In this document: in pieces, positions 45,832 through 46,275 of the stretch
Numbering within the stretch: position 1 is the first letter of the stretch
How the letters are laid out: every line of letters starts with the position of its first letter
Virus record (IMG/VR): IMGVR_UViG_3300006169_000027
Span: 1-46,275 of that record
Length of the DNA stretch: 46,275 bases
Direction: 5' to 3' (one strand)
Source of the DNA: a virus
Lineage: Duplodnaviria; Caudoviricetes
The notes under the pieces: model-generated
The model's input: the letters and a program-made list of their open reading frames with translations, nothing else
Database searches by the model: none
What the model was told of the DNA's origin: nothing
Position numbers and translations under genes: made by a program

Positions 45832-46041
45832 TTATGGTTGTGAATTATTGAATGTGAAGTTCGCGGAAAGGTATTCGGACACCTTCGCCGTCAATGTGAC
45901 GTCGTCAAGCAATACGGCGGTGATGTCGTGAAGTGATGTTCCTTTGATGTATAGATGATTGATGATGATGCGCGGTCCAGAATGGAACCAATCGGCGACG
46001 AAAGTCATTCCGATCGCCGGAATTTCCGTGATGTGTTGCAT
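45832..46041 (-). CDS. Hypothetical protein, first early gene
   Basis: 69 aa, starts MQHIT. Confidence 0.6.
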   Translation of the reverse strand: MQHITEIPAIGMTFVADWFHSGPRIIINHLYIKGTSLHDITAVLLDDVTLTAKVSEYLSANFTFNNSQP

Positions 46042-46066
46042 GATGTGATGTTTTTAAATGGTCCGG

Positions 46067-46099
46067 CAATGATAACAAATGTTATTGACACGAACCAAA
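46067..46099 (-). promoter_or_regulatory. Candidate early promoter TTTG-N21-TATCATTG with palindrome at 46072-46085
   Basis: One mismatch to TAnnTTTG; palindrome lies between the boxes. Confidence 0.55.
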
Positions 46100-46128
46100 T
46101 TTTTCGATAATCGCCTGGAAATTAGTCG

Positions 46129-46162
46129 AAAAAACCGCGTCGGCATTCCACCGATCGCGGTT
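46129..46162 (-). terminator. Terminator ending the late/lysis transcript
   Basis: aaccgcg-tcgg..ccga-cgcggtt plus T-tract just after the endolysin stop. Confidence 0.75.
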
Positions 46163-46188
46163 CGTTCTGCCACGTCTGACCACTATTT

Positions 46189-46275
46189 CGCGGTATAGTA
46201 CCACCGGCGCGGACGACCGACGTCATAATGCACGAATCCGGCATAAAGCGAAAGTCCGCCGTCTTGGATCTTCCC
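46189..46275 (+). repeat. Right copy of 87-bp terminal direct repeat
   Basis: Identical to 1-87; lies inside the endolysin ORF. Confidence 0.97.

Larger units (their letters stand above)
1..46275. mobile_element. Complete Caudoviricetes phage genome, probably siphovirus, probable Bacteroidota host
   Basis: Terminase, portal, MuF, capsid, tape measure, fibre and lysis genes present; ends overlap by 87 bp; Bacteroidota-type promoters and signal peptides. Confidence 0.95.

Noticed and set aside
46189-46275. 87-bp repeat as a physical terminal repeat or att site
   Set aside because: It lies inside the endolysin ORF, which reads through the join; most simply an assembler overlap
1-46275. Stop-codon reassignment
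   Set aside because: Genes are full length in the standard code with dense packing; the dpdA break is a frameshift, not an in-frame stop

Overview
The window is a complete, circularly assembled tailed-phage genome of about 46,188 bp; positions 1-87 repeat exactly at 46189-46275 and an endolysin gene runs across that join. The 955-aa tape measure protein suggests a siphovirus. Almost every gene is on the minus strand. The host is most likely a Bacteroidota, possibly Chitinophagaceae-like: promoters match TTTG-N19-21-TAnnTTTG, starts are A-rich without Shine-Dalgarno sequences, and signal peptides end in A/G-Q. Gene order in transcription direction: early/replication genes (initiator-like, VRR-NUC), small early genes, a nucleotide/DNA-modification cluster (dNTP pyrophosphohydrolase, C5-methyltransferase-like, QueF-like, frameshift-split DpdA/TGT-like), TerS, C1 peptidase, TerL, tail chaperone, tape measure and tail-tip genes, glycosyltransferase, portal, MuF-metallopeptidase, scaffold, capsid, neck, tail tube, five fibre/adhesin-like genes, lysis cassette. 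Most striking observations: (1) all five fibre-region proteins carry Sec-type signal peptides; (2) the octamer CGCCTGGA occurs 39 times at roughly even ~1.1 kb spacing; (3) a 14-bp palindrome ATAACA-NN-TGTTAT occurs 9 times at promoters, gene junctions and the putative origin; (4) a minimal 7-deazaguanine modification module with a split DpdA; (5) a hidden 28-aa Cys/Arg-Pro peptide gene before the scaffold. No integrase, repressor, DNA polymerase, tRNA or CRISPR array was recognised. All counts were made by eye, and family calls come from motif recognition, not database searches.
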